Below the pieces are notes generated by a model. The model had not been told where the DNA came from, ran no database searches, and saw only the letters and a program-made list of their open reading frames with translations. A DNA stretch of 64,000 nt from the NCBI RefSeq assembly GCF_018977255.1, contig NW_024704743.1, positions 56,980,001 through 57,044,000 of the forward strand, written 5' to 3'. Positions 1 to 11,468 of this stretch are shown in pieces; position 1 is the stretch's first letter; the number at the start of each line of letters is the position of its first letter. The position numbers were made by a program, and so were the translations under genes. Source of the stretch: Callorhinchus milii. Lineage: Eukaryota.

Positions 1-2520
1 CCACAGAGTAAGAATTAGCATTTCACATACCTCATTTTTTAATCCATATAATTACTGAATCACTACTACAGGAAGTCATGGGACCAAAACTTCACCCGGC
101 CAGTCTTATTCTTCTTCCTCCTCAAACAAAGAAATAAATGATTTGCTGAACACTTTTTGTTTTGGAAAAAAAGACTGTGCTTCTTCAAAGAAAATAGTGA
201 AGTTAAAAATAACTACAGATACTTGAACATTTCAGAACGCAGATTTTAACACCTGCTTTAAAAATAATTCTTCACACCTGAGCGAAAGGTTGGTAAAGTG
301 TGAAGCTTTGCTGTCACTCTGCACTGAGCCAGCAACACGCTGTGCCAGTTACAATAAACTAACTGACAGACTGAAACTTGTTTAGCTCCACTTGTGTGAA
401 AACGGCCAACAAAGACAATGATGGAGGCTTTGATGTGCACTCAATGTGGCTTGAAGCTTCCTTTTAGTCACCAGCTGGCACAACCACAGATTGTGTATAG
501 ATACAGTGCTGAGCAGTGGCGTGTGTTCAGTGCTGCAGTGCACTGACTATCAATTAGCTGAAGCCTCTCAGTGTCTGTCTATATGGTATTTATTTTTGGG
601 CAGAGCCTAAACAACCATATGAAAATCCTGGACTAAAAATAGCATTACTTATTCTGTAAGGGTACTATTTTCTCAACATGGTTTATACCCTTGCCTCACG
701 TCCTGCGCTGACTCTCATTACATTTATATTTAAAGGGTATGAAAAGTCAATTATTCGTCCGGTTTTCCCTGCAACTTTTAAAATAACATTTCTCTCTCGC
801 TCTTTCTCTCTCTTTCGTTTGCCTTGTAATGCCTTTGAAGAAATCAACTGCAACGGATGCATCCCGCCCTTTCTCTGAATCCTGTTATCAATAGGAACCA
901 ACTGCTGCATCTGTCTGTGAATTGTGTTAGGGCAGGGATCAGCCCAGAATGTGTCTGAGACAAGTTTGTTTTGTGAGGAAGGGGGGTGGCGAGGAATAAT
1001 TTTACTCAGAATAGATCTATGAACTTTAATGTGACATGCCATGGCCCTTTATATTCAGCCTCGTGGTGCAGACAGTAAACCTGGACTTGGAAAAGGCCCA
1101 CATCTGAGCCTTTTTGTTTCCATGTGTATTTATATTCTGACAGGCATGGTCTTTTTTGGCTGCCAAGCTGGTTGGAATGATTGAAAGCTTGCAGACCCGT
1201 TCCTAGCAGGTCAGGCCTTGCCAGTCTCCGGGAACTAGAGGTTTTCACATGCAAATAGCTGTCTGAGCAACAGCTATACAGAACAAAAATGGCTGTTGAC
1301 ACTGCAGGCTCACATGACTGCATATCCTTGATAGAAATGGGAGAATTACAACACAAGCGGAGAGTTTGACATTATTCATAACTATCACCTGTCGCTCTTC
1401 TTTTAAGGCATGAGGCTGATCTGGAATACAGTACTAGGAACTCATGAATTACCAACACTCTGAGGGCTGTAATTCAGCAAGTACTTTCAATTAACCTTCG
1501 TTTTCATTACACTCCAGCATTCTGACTAGATGCACACACACACACTCTAAACATTCATCAACACGGAAAGCATTTTAAGTGAAACACATTGTTTGTAAAT
1601 ACTTTTTATAATTTCCATAACTTTCTATTGTGAAGTGCAATTACACTGGCAGTTTGACTCCACAGACAAGCCCATCTCCTAAGACAACTGGTAATGAACA
1701 ACTGGCCATCTTGCCAGCTCCACATCCTGCAAGTTGGATCTAGAGAAAGCCCTACATTATGAAGATACAACTCTAAGTTGTAAAGTCAGAGATCCAGAGC
1801 GATATGACCCCAGCACATTGGACACCTGCACAGACGTCTTGACATTGTTGTTTAAGTATCTCGACAACATCAAAGCTTTTGCTGAAACAGGAACCAACTT
1901 CAGCAGGGTTTTTGTTTCCAGAGCACTGTTCCCAATAATAGTGGCAGAATAACAACAAACAAAAACCAGGAGCTTATCCACACATCCTATCATGGTTCAG
2001 CTTTTCCATATAACAATAACTTACATTTATATAGTGCCTTACATGTAAAAATAAACATCACAATGCGGCGGCTGCTAATGCCTATCGGCTAACATGTCAC
2101 TGCAGGCAAGCTTCACAAGCATGTCCTAATTCCTAGGTCTGGCTTTTTCCCCGGTGGTTTCAGTGCAGCTTTTGCCTGTCAGCTGAACATGGGTTATCAC
2201 TGGCGAGCACAACCTCTGAAACGTGGTGACATCACTTTCTATGCATTCTGTGCATGGACTCAATGTACATATGTTTGGTGGATATACTGCACAGGTCTGT
2301 GCCCAGCATAGCAAGGGCAGGGAGAGCAGTGCCCATTTTCAGCTCCTCCATCTTTGCTTAAAGTCTCCAGCCATCTAAGACAAGAGCCGAATCCGAAAGC
2401 TACACCAGGATGATTTGGTTTGAAATCATGCCCAGTGCTACCCTAAGCAGACTGTCTACTGTTTCTCAGGTCATGAGATACAAATTGTGCACTCGTTTCC
2501 TGAAACCAAACCTAACATCA

Positions 2521-3000
2521 ATAATAGTAATCCTTGCATTTGGTATTGCACCTTATCACATCATTGAGATGTCTCAAAGCGCGTCACAGAATATACTATC
2601 ATATTTATATTATACATAATATAATAACAATGGGTATAATTTACAGGAATAATCTTTGCATTTGATACAGTGTCTATGATATTGAAATGTCTCAAAAGTA
2701 TATATATATATATTATAGACAAAAAAGGACAACCAATGTGCACACAGCAATACGCCACCAACAACCATGAATTGAAGAATCGACTGATCCAGAGGATTGT
2801 TGGCCAGGATATAGTTCCTTCTTTTTGGAAGTTTCATGTAAACAAACAGGCAAAGACTTAGTTTAACATCTTGTCTCAATGGTTCAACTAGTGCTGCTCT
2901 AGAATGTCAGCTTGGACTGTGAAATCCAACCATGATGTGGTGCTTGAACCCACAACCTCTGGCCCAAAGGTGAGGCACTATTAACTAAGCCAAGCGGACA
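2521..3000 (-). mobile_element. Old DeuSINE (SacSINE1-like) with two tail copies
   Basis: Tails (aatccttgcatttg…) at ~2521 and ~2648; Deu-like body (gcacacagcaa…caaacaaccatga); tRNA-like head (cttgaacccacaacctctg…) at ~2940-3000. Confidence 0.7.
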
Positions 3001-3985
3001 CATAGTTTCCTGATAGAATTTCTGTTGACGCTTGGCAACTGTTCTGGACAAAGATTGAGTTGGAGCAGAGTCCCTTTGGATCAGCATATGTGCTGGTATC
3101 CTGGTAATCAGAAGCATTTGTTCTGGTAACCTGATTTAACCCCATTCCTTATCGATATTCTGATCTGCCGGGTGTCTGACATGTGAAAATTCAGCTCTGT
3201 ACGTTTCCAAGCCAAATTACTGAAAGTAGCACATTTGTATGGTTTAGCGACCTTATAGGTACCACAGCAAATGGAAGGAGGGGTTCCTTATCATTATATA
3301 AATACAAAAAATTAGACACCAATATACACCAGAGTTTAAATCAGCTGTAAAATGCATTAAATTAGCAAGATGATTCCATGTGGACTCAATTGGTAAATAA
3401 AAATAATAATCCTTGCATTTTATACAGCACCTTTCACAATCTTGTGATCTTGTGGTTCCAGGTTCCCATATCTGAGTTAGCTTCCAGGACCATTATCATA
3501 TAACCTGCTGGTACTCACAGTCGAGACTGAAATATGAAGAATTGTTACTTGGGCCAGATCTGCCAACCACAAGTCAATGTGTTCAGGAGAGGAGATTACT
3601 GCAGGAAAATGATTTTATAAAGGTGCACATTAAAAGCATGGATTAATAACTGGAGTGTCATTATTTGGTAATACCAGGTTAGTCGGGAGTGGGAAAAGCA
3701 GTAATCTAATCTTAGCTTCAAATGACAGTAAAATAAAACTGTGCTTTAATCTTACAATTCATAATATTATCTGACCCCTTCAATTAGGTTACTGGTAAAG
3801 TCTGACAGGTAATCATTATTCTCTATATACATTAGGGATTATTTATAAATAACAAGACTACATGCTAAATGGCTGAGGGAAAATTAACAGCATTATTTGT
3901 AAACAAATTGCGTGTTTATGCTGCAGTCTCCAGTTAGAATGGAAGAATAGCTTTTGAGATGAATATGTTGGATTCTCTAGTGCGG

Positions 3986-4359
3986 TAATAATAATCCTTG
4001 CATTTGATATAGCACCTTATCATGTATTTGAGATGTTTCAAAGCACTTCACAGAATATACTATAGAGTGAATTGATTGTATACTTTGTGGGCAAAACGCG
4101 GCAGCCATTTGCACACAGAAGTGTCCTACCAACAGTGGTGGATTGAAGTGACCAATTTATTATTATTTTTTTTGAAGGAATTATTACCCCCAGAAAAGTG
4201 ATCCAACAATTGATTTACAACCGGGTTCCTACTTACTGCTAGGTAAACAGAGGCGTGTGGAGTAAGGACTCTTGCCCAATATTTCAATCTGCCAGGAATC
4301 GAACCCAGGTCTCTCACTTGCAAGGAGAGTGCACTAACCACTGAGCTACAGGATTCCAC
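3986..4359 (-). mobile_element. tRNA-Ala-derived SINE, long form (tRNA head + complete CORE-like segment + Deu-like segment + L2-type tail)
   Basis: Minus strand: A box TAGCTCAGTGG, B box GGTTCGATTCC (4295-4305), then TTGGGCAAG…CTCCACACGCCTCTGTTTACCTAGCAGTAAGTAGG, Deu-like segment and an (ATT)n tail. Confidence 0.9.
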
Positions 4360-5344
4360 AGCCAGTAACAGCCAATAGAAGAATTGCATCTTAAGATGAG
4401 GCCATCCACATCAACCACACAAAACTATGGTGGTGCCAGCTCTTCCACTGAAAATAATTGCATGAATCTCAATTCCCTCATCTTTCACTGCAGCCTTTAA
4501 TAGTGGATGAAAAGGGCAATGTTTCTCAGCATTATGGAAGGTCTTAAGAAACAATACAGTTTTCAGCTTTGCTGAATATTGGTCACAGGTATGAACACAT
4601 GTGTGCTCTTTCTTCCTCCTCCCCCCCCCAGTTGTTGACTCAGGCATCGCATCCAAGGTTTCATCGCCACTATTTTTTGTTGTCATTAGCCTGGGTGATC
4701 ATTGTAGAGGCTGTAGAGACTGGTGTTCCTGTGCTGCTTCACAGGATTCCAGTTTAACCCTATCTGATGTCTCATGAAATGGAGCTGAAATACTGATCAA
4801 ATGATATCAACAATGGCTGTACTGAAATTTTGGAATTAGCTTTCGGGCCAAGCAAACTACTGTCTGACCGCACCCTTCTCTGTTACAATTTCACACCCAC
4901 TTCAGCACAATAGTTGTGTTTGAAGATTTTGTTCATGAGGAAATCTTCACAAACTTGGAACAGTATTCGCTTCTATCAGTCTCTGGAAGTCCAGAGGGCA
5001 TGTTAAAATGGCAGAGGCTCAAAATAGGCCAACATCTCCAGTTTGGCATAAAATTTTGCTTCTCTGAAGACCCAAAGTAAAAGCGGCATTAATATTCCTG
5101 TGATTCTCTGCAATGATCTAGTGAATGACAGGGGAATACAGATATACATTTTCATGCTTTGAATGCAAAAATTCAGCATAATCTTCATGGATGAGCTTGT
5201 ACAAATTTGCAGAAAATTTTGTTTTAGAACCACATAGAAATACGGTGAATACATGCAACAGAGCAAAATCAATTGTGTTTAATCAGCTCAGTGAAAAACC
5301 ATGGTACAACTGCATTTAAGGGGAATGTTCTTTTTAGGTTATTT

Positions 5345-7175
5345 TGGTCAATCTGACACATGTTGAAACCCATCATCATGCTTAAGATTATCCAAACCAA
5401 ACTGAGAATTCGAAGCATCCTACCTAGACATGGATTGTTTGCCACAGATTCATTTCCAATTTTATTGTGGTATTCCACGGTCTCATCAGCAGGGCACCTA
5501 TTGCTTAAGATGTAAGGTACTGACGGAGTCTAAACAACTAAAACCGCATAGCTTACCATTGATATCACACTCTGGCAAGCCATCCCGCTGCTTCTCCAGC
5601 TAGGAACACCCTACCCATTAGGGCTTTGGGTTAGGTTAAGAGGAGCTGAGTGGGAAGATTCCCTGCCCCAGTGATTGGTCTGCCCTTCCAAGTCCTGCCA
5701 ATGAGCCAGGCTGTCTATACTGTGCCAAGGTTGTTTGACATCCGACAAGCATGGGTATTGAGCCCTCACTAGGTGGATGGTAAGTAACAGGAACTCCTGT
5801 AAGCTTCCCGGTGGGCAACACATCTGAGCATGACCTCTGTGAGAGCACTGCCACCATTCTCTGTCCGCAGCTCGGGCACTAGTCCTTTCCCAGTGAGCAA
5901 TGGTTCTACCAATTGGAGGTACGAAGTTTAAACAGCAGCTGCTTACCTCGCTGCAGGCCAATCAAGGTGGATTCCAAGTACTGGATGTACAAAGATGTAT
6001 TCATGAACTCAGACTCCAGGTAATGCCTTCCACCCCCGTTCGCTCCAAGCCTCAGTTTCCTCATCAGCTATCTGATGGATGACCACTTTATTGCACAACT
6101 GCTGAATTACCAAGGAAAATCAGAAGAAACAAATGTCCACAAGCCATGACAGGTAAAAAAAAAAGTTGCCTTTTGTTCCATCTCTGACACTCACATACAA
6201 TTAGAAAGAAAAACAGGTCAAATTTCTTTCAATGCAAGTTTGTCAAAGTAGCTTCCCGTCTCTGTACAAAAACAATTGACCAACGACACAAGTTTTTGGC
6301 AATTCTTAAAAAGAACTGACTTTCAAATTCTGGCTGGTCTTAAGAATTTGCAACAATTCTATGCAATCATGAATTTTAAGACAAATGATTTGAGGGGATT
6401 AAGATTTGCTGGAATTTCAGCTGTCCTATGCTTGTGCCATTTTATTTGAGTACTTGCACTTGAAAGCTCTGAATTAGGTTGATTTGTGAATGAAACCCTG
6501 AATTAACCCGATCTAAATTAATTAATTTTCATGGATGATTTTACAGTTTATCAAGAATATACAACATGGAGACGGAAAATTATTTAACTCTTTCGGTAAG
6601 AAAAGTCTATCCTGTAAAAAATTTTGTATTTGATATCAATTATGTTGATGATCAGACATTCAGGGCTTGAAATCCCCTTTGATTGGTATGCAAAGAGGTA
6701 AGCAGCTGCTCCTCAGGCTCTGCACTTCAAAGTGGTGGAATCCTTGTCAATATGTAGGAATTGTGTCTACATTCTTGGCAATGCTCTCTTGCATTTCATG
6801 CTGAGCATGGTGCCCATCAGGGAGCTCGTAGGAAGTTCTTGGTATTTGCCATCCAACTCATGAGGATTCAAATCTGTGCTTTTCAAACGTCAAATGACCA
6901 ATTAGTAGCATTCTCTTTGGAGCGGAGATAAGCGGGGTTCCTTTGGAGCTGAGCTGGCTCCAAAGTGATGTTCTTGGCAACAGGATGTCAGAATCAATTG
7001 GTGATGATGACTAATGATGACAGACCAGCCCAGCTCATTGACAAGATATAGAGGGTCAGACAAATACAAAGTCCTAATAGGTAGGTGGCATACATATATG
7101 GAACTCTCACTCTTGTTTGGATAAACTTAAGCATGGTGATGAGTTTTCACATGTGTTAGCTTCCCAGCTGACCAT
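5345..7175. repeat. Ancient degenerate inverted repeat; arms ~5345-5990 and ~6655-7175
   Basis: Hand-aligned blocks: 5353-5411 vs rc(7101-7159) 49/59 identical; 5934-5988 vs rc(6656-6710) 45/55; further collinear blocks 5610-5628/rc~7067-7085, 5672-5716/rc~7020-7066, 5728-5853/rc~6776-6900. Confidence 0.9.
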
Positions 7176-7283
7176 TACATTCTGCAAATTTCAAATGCTA
7201 AATATGTTGGAGAAATATATAACACTAAGTAGAATAACTTGCTCTAGTACAGACAATTGGGAGGAGAGCTGCAGAAGCAAATG

Positions 7284-7728
7284 ACAACAACAACAAAATG
7301 ACATTTGTATAGCGCCTTTCATGTCGGAAGGACGTCCCAAGGCGCTGGACAGACTGTGCTAAGTCCCGAGCTGAGGGTCGTGGTGCGGGAGGGTGGAGGG
7401 CAGTAAGAGAAGCAGGGAGATCAAGAGCACGGTCGAAGAGGAGGGTCTTGAGGTGGGTCTTGATGGTGGCAAGGGAGGGTGCGAGATGGAGGGACTGCGG
7501 AATGGAGTTCCAGAGGGTGGGTACTGAGTGGCGGAAGGCTCGCCCGCCGATGGTGGGGGACGTGAAGCAAGCTGGAGCCCACTGAGCAGAGGGAGCGAAC
7601 AGTGTGGTAGCGGGTTAGGAGATCGGAGAGGTAGGGGCTCTGAAAGTGAGGAACAGGATCTTGAACTGTATCCTCTGTGTGATGGAAACCCAGTGGAGTT
7701 GGGTAAGGATGGGGGTGATAGGATTGAG
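7284..7728 (-). mobile_element. L2 LINE, 5'-truncated 3' end
   Basis: (TTG)n tail, 3' stem-loop, and ORF2 C-terminal coding remnant (…LHWVSITQRIQFKILFL…). Confidence 0.9.
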
Positions 7729-7927
7729 GTTAAGTACACTTTGTGAATAAATGTTTTTTGTTTGTCCTTTGTGATCTTCTTATCCTCATTTCCTATCTCA
7801 GCTCCCCTCTCCTCTATCTCCATCTCTCCTCACTCTCTGTCTGTGGTTTTTCTGTGTTTGTATGTGTGTGTGAGAGAGACAGTTTTTGGCTGAATCACTC
7901 TGTCTGCCTCTCTCATCATCTTCATCT

Positions 7928-8700
7928 ACAACAACAACTTGGATTTATATAGCACCCTTCACGCTGGACGGCATCTCAGAGCTCTTCACAGGAACAGATA
8001 CCGGCGCCGAGCCAGGGGGATGGGGAGGAAGGTGACCAAAGGCGCGGTCGAAAAGAAAAGTTTTCAGCAGAGACCTGAAAATAAGAAGAGAGGGAGCGAG
8101 GCGAAGGGAGTGAGAAAGGCAGTTCCAGAGCCCCGGGGCATAGTGGCTGAAGGCACGGCCGCCGAGGGTGGAGCGGAGGACTCGAGCCATGAGGAGGACG
8201 CCAGACCCGGAGGAACGAAGGCAACAGGTACTGTTTTTAGGAGAGAGGAGGTCAGAGAGGTAGGGGGGGCGCAGAGGAATGGAGAGATTTGAAGACAAGG
8301 GGAGGATCTTGAAGTCGATCGTCTCTGGGACAGGCAGCCAGTGCAGTCTAGCGAGGACTGGGGTAATTGGGGAGCGGAGTTTGGTGCGGGTGAGAATGCA
8401 GGCGGCAGAGTTTTGAATGACCTGGATTTTATGGATGGTAGTGGAGGGGAGACCGGCGAGGCGGGCATTAGAATAGTCCAGCCGAGAGGTGACTAGGTGG
8501 AGGAGGTGAGAGCTGTGAGATTCTAGACGTTGACGAGAGCCAAAGAGTATGGCTTCCGTCTCGTCAATGTTCAGCTGAAGGAAATTTGCGATCATCCAGC
8601 CCCTGAGATCTGACAGGCAGGCTGACAGAACATCAGGGGGCTGGGGGTCGCAAAGAGAGGTGGAAAAATAGAGTTGGGTGTCGTCCGCATACATGTGGAA
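7928..8700 (-). mobile_element. L2 LINE (different subfamily), RT C-terminal part with internal deletion
   Basis: ORF 7945-8694 has MYADDTQLY (RT YADD), NFLQLN, TSRLDYSN, LHWLP, GGRAFS; (TTG)n tail at ~7928. The RNLGV…LIHAF block present in other copies is missing. Confidence 0.93.
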
Positions 8701-9039
8701 ATGTACTTCATTTGTGAGACCTTCCCATTCTTTTCAAAATTGCCTATCATTCTCACTTGTTCTTTCCTCCCTAGAGGGAGGGTAGGAAAGTGGGGTCGCA
8801 CTCACCACACTCACACCCACACTTATTTTCCCCCCTCTCTTTCCCCCCACCCACCTTCCCTCTCACTGAGTCACTCTTTCCCTCTCTCTGTTTTACCTCT
8901 CATACTGTGTCTGATTCATACACTCTCTTTTGTCTTTACTCATTCATTCACATTCTCACTTACTATCTCACACTCCTTTCTTCCACACATACAAAAACTC
9001 TCTCCCTATCTCTCAATCTATCACTATATTTTACCAAAA

Positions 9040-9465
9040 TAAAAATAATCCTTGCACTTGATATATCTCCTTTCATGTTGGAAGATTGTCTCGTAGTGTT
9101 TCACTGGATTTACGGTAGTGTAGTGACTGTGTATTGTGTAGGCGAATGCAGCAACCAATTTTCGCATAACAATATCCTACAAACAGCTACAAAGTGAATG
9201 ACCAATTTTACATAAATGACTGTGGCCAGGACACTGGGAGAAACTCCCTTCTATTTTCAAATAATTTCATGGCATATTTAACAACTCCGAAATAGGCAGA
9301 CACCTCGGTTTAACGTTTCACCTGACAGACTACACTTCATACAATACAGCACCGCACCTTCCCCAGTACTGCATTCAAATATCAGCCTAGGTTATTATGA
9401 GCTCAAAGTCCAGAAGTGGGGCTTGAACCCAGTGTGCACGTTTTGGCTGCTACCCTGAACCAAAC
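9040..9465 (-). mobile_element. Old DeuSINE (SacSINE1-like), near full length
   Basis: Tail aatccttgcacttgatat; ggccaggacactgggagaaactccctt; cctcggtttaacgtttcacctga; head ggggcttgaaccca. Confidence 0.8.
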
Positions 9466-9519
9466 TGCCACCACCCTCCCAAAAATGCGCTAATTTCTGT
9501 CCCCCATCCTCAACTTTCT

Positions 9520-9760
9520 TAATGTCTATCAACCTGCCTACTCCCTCCACTCGGCAGGCATTAGCTTCAGGACCCTCATCTTCCCGCCCTACCAACGGCC
9601 CCGGCTTTCAGCTTATCTGCACCACTACCCCCCGGAACTCCATTCCTGAGTCCCTTTGCCTCGCACCTTCCTCGCCTCCTTCAAGGTTCATCTCAAGCCC
9701 CTTCTCTTTGGTTGCACCTTTGGTCATCTTTACTCCTGTCTTCCACTTCTCCCAAATCCA
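9520..9760 (+). mobile_element. Degraded L2 3' fragment
   Basis: ggaactccattcctgagtccctttgcctcgcaccttcctcgcctccttcaagg… matches the L2 3' ORF2 region of other copies in this window. Confidence 0.7.
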
Positions 9761-9773
9761 ACTCACAGGTCAA

Positions 9774-10086
9774 GTAGGAGTCCTGTAGCTCAGTAGTTAG
9801 AGCACTCACCTTGCAAGTGAGAGACCTGGGTTCAATTTCCGGCAGTGCAAAACCTTGAGCAAGTTTCCTTACTCCACACGCCTGATAATATTCCCTCAAG
9901 CCAAGAAAAAATAAAATTAGTCAATTCAATCCACAACAGTTTGTGGGACACTGCTATGCACAACTGGCTGCTGCGTTTCACCCACAAATATACAGTCAAT
10001 TCACTTTACAGTATATTCTGTGAAGCGCTTTGAGACGTCTAGAAGACGGGAAAAAGTGCTATATCAAATGCAAGGATTATTTTTAT
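9774..10086 (+). mobile_element. tRNA-Ala SINE, short form
   Basis: ggagtcctgtagctcagtagttagagcactcaccttgcaagtgagagacctgggttcaatttcc head; CORE-like segment cut after ccacacgcct; Deu-like segment; TAGAA-loop hairpin; tail. Confidence 0.9.
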
Positions 10087-11130
10087 ATAAGTACAATCCT
10101 TTTACTGTCCAGCACTTTGGGACATCTGCCTGACATGAAATGCAATTTGTTGTTATTGTTGTAGTTAAACCAACAAACTTTTGACTCAGAGGAGAGAGTG
10201 CATCCAACTGAACCAGGCTATCACACTTTCTGTAGAGTATAGTTAGACAAAGGAATGAAGCAGTTACAACAAGCCCTGAGGCTCACTGAACAATAGTCAG
10301 GCGTGAGAAACCTTGCTGTTTTTCCCTCCTTTACCTGCTGTGGTCAATTCTATAACTACAATTGTTAACTCAGCACAGAGATGAACAAAAATATCTAATT
10401 ATGATATTTATTGCTAAAATCCTCTCTTCCTCCGATATTCAAAACGTAAAGCAAATCTTGTGTGAAATAATCTACCTGTTTTAGTGGCTGACGTTGTACA
10501 TTCAGAGAATATTGGTGTGTTTTTTTTACTGTTTGTTAGTTGAATGGAATGATCAAAGTAATGCTCATAATGATATGTTTCAGGCTTCTGAAGATGCGAT
10601 TCCTCTCTAATAATCCTGATATTGCTTGTGAAGACAACTGACTACTGTAATCATGGTGTGAGAGATGGGTAATTAAGCACACTTGCATCTCACTGCTTAA
10701 CAAAAGTATTCAATCAGAGATCAGAGTTCCAACACTGCTGTTGACATTGCTTTCCAGTGATCAGGAAGTCAGTGATCTGTGGATGAGCTATCAATGTGTA
10801 CTTGCACGCGCACACAAACAAAATGAAGGAACCAGTGTGCTTTTTCTCAGCGTAATTTGAGTTGTTGTTTAAACACAGGACTTCAGTTAAATCTACGAGA
10901 CCTCAGTAAATCTGCCTTCAAAGTGTTCTCCAAATTTTACTGGAAATTCAGATCAAATATCACAGAGCCATTGCTGTTTGCTGAAACTATGACAAATTTG
11001 TTTTCATTGGAACATGAGTAGGTCACTCTGGCCAGTGAGCCTGTTGTGTCATTTTATCAAACCACATTATTTGCTGAGGGCCCTGTTCTGCATAGAAATT
11101 ACCCACGCAGATCAGCAGAGCTTAGATCAG

Positions 11131-11420
11131 ATCTGTGCTCTGTGCTGAGCTGGCTGACCTCAGCTAGAGTGGTAGAATAGCTGTTATAATCTTTCCCAGC
11201 ACTATCAGGGCTAGGAAGGGAGTAATCAGTAAGGTCCCTCCTCCTTATCATTAGCCACCAAAACCCTCCTTTGCTGCTGGAAGGGTGGAGTTCGAATGAT
11301 TATAATATCAGGCTTTTGCCGTAATACCCAAGTGCTCCTCTCGTCATTGCCCTTTTTGCCTCACCCTCTCCAGGCTTTCAAATGAAGAAAGGCAGCTTGG
11401 TTGAGGTATTGAAGAATAGC
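11131..11420 (+). mobile_element. Ancient SINE-like dispersed repeat (unnamed here); representative copy
   Basis: ctgtgctgagctggctgacctcagc…gggctaggaaggg…aatcag recurs at ~18031, ~45370 (+) and ~10310, ~15495, ~45915, ~53300, ~57225 (-). Confidence 0.7.
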
Positions 11421-11468
11421 CAGGGCTTAACAACTGTACCTCAGTTGATGAGATTGTCTGAAACACAG

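Noticed and set aside
1734..1993. Overlapping 72-78 aa ORFs
   Set aside because: No recognisable protein family and no convincing splice signals; lengths are compatible with chance.
2130..2330. Possible Harbinger transposase relic (…HGLNVHM…QVCAQ…)
   Set aside because: Similarity to the GFHSLNVQ…VCARYPGS motif is too fragmentary to support without a profile search.
5558..5600. Possible 43-nt minus-strand exon (LEKQRDGLPECDIN, AG…GTAAGC)
   Set aside because: Weak acceptor, unrecognised peptide, no partner exons.
6745..6860. SYELPDG peptide on the minus strand resembling actin
   Set aside because: Flanking residues are unrelated to actin, the frame soon hits a stop, and the segment is part of the inverted-repeat arm.
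8790..9042. ORFs over the CT-rich tract (also 7743-7952)
   Set aside because: Low-complexity pyrimidine/CA sequence that lacks stops for compositional reasons.
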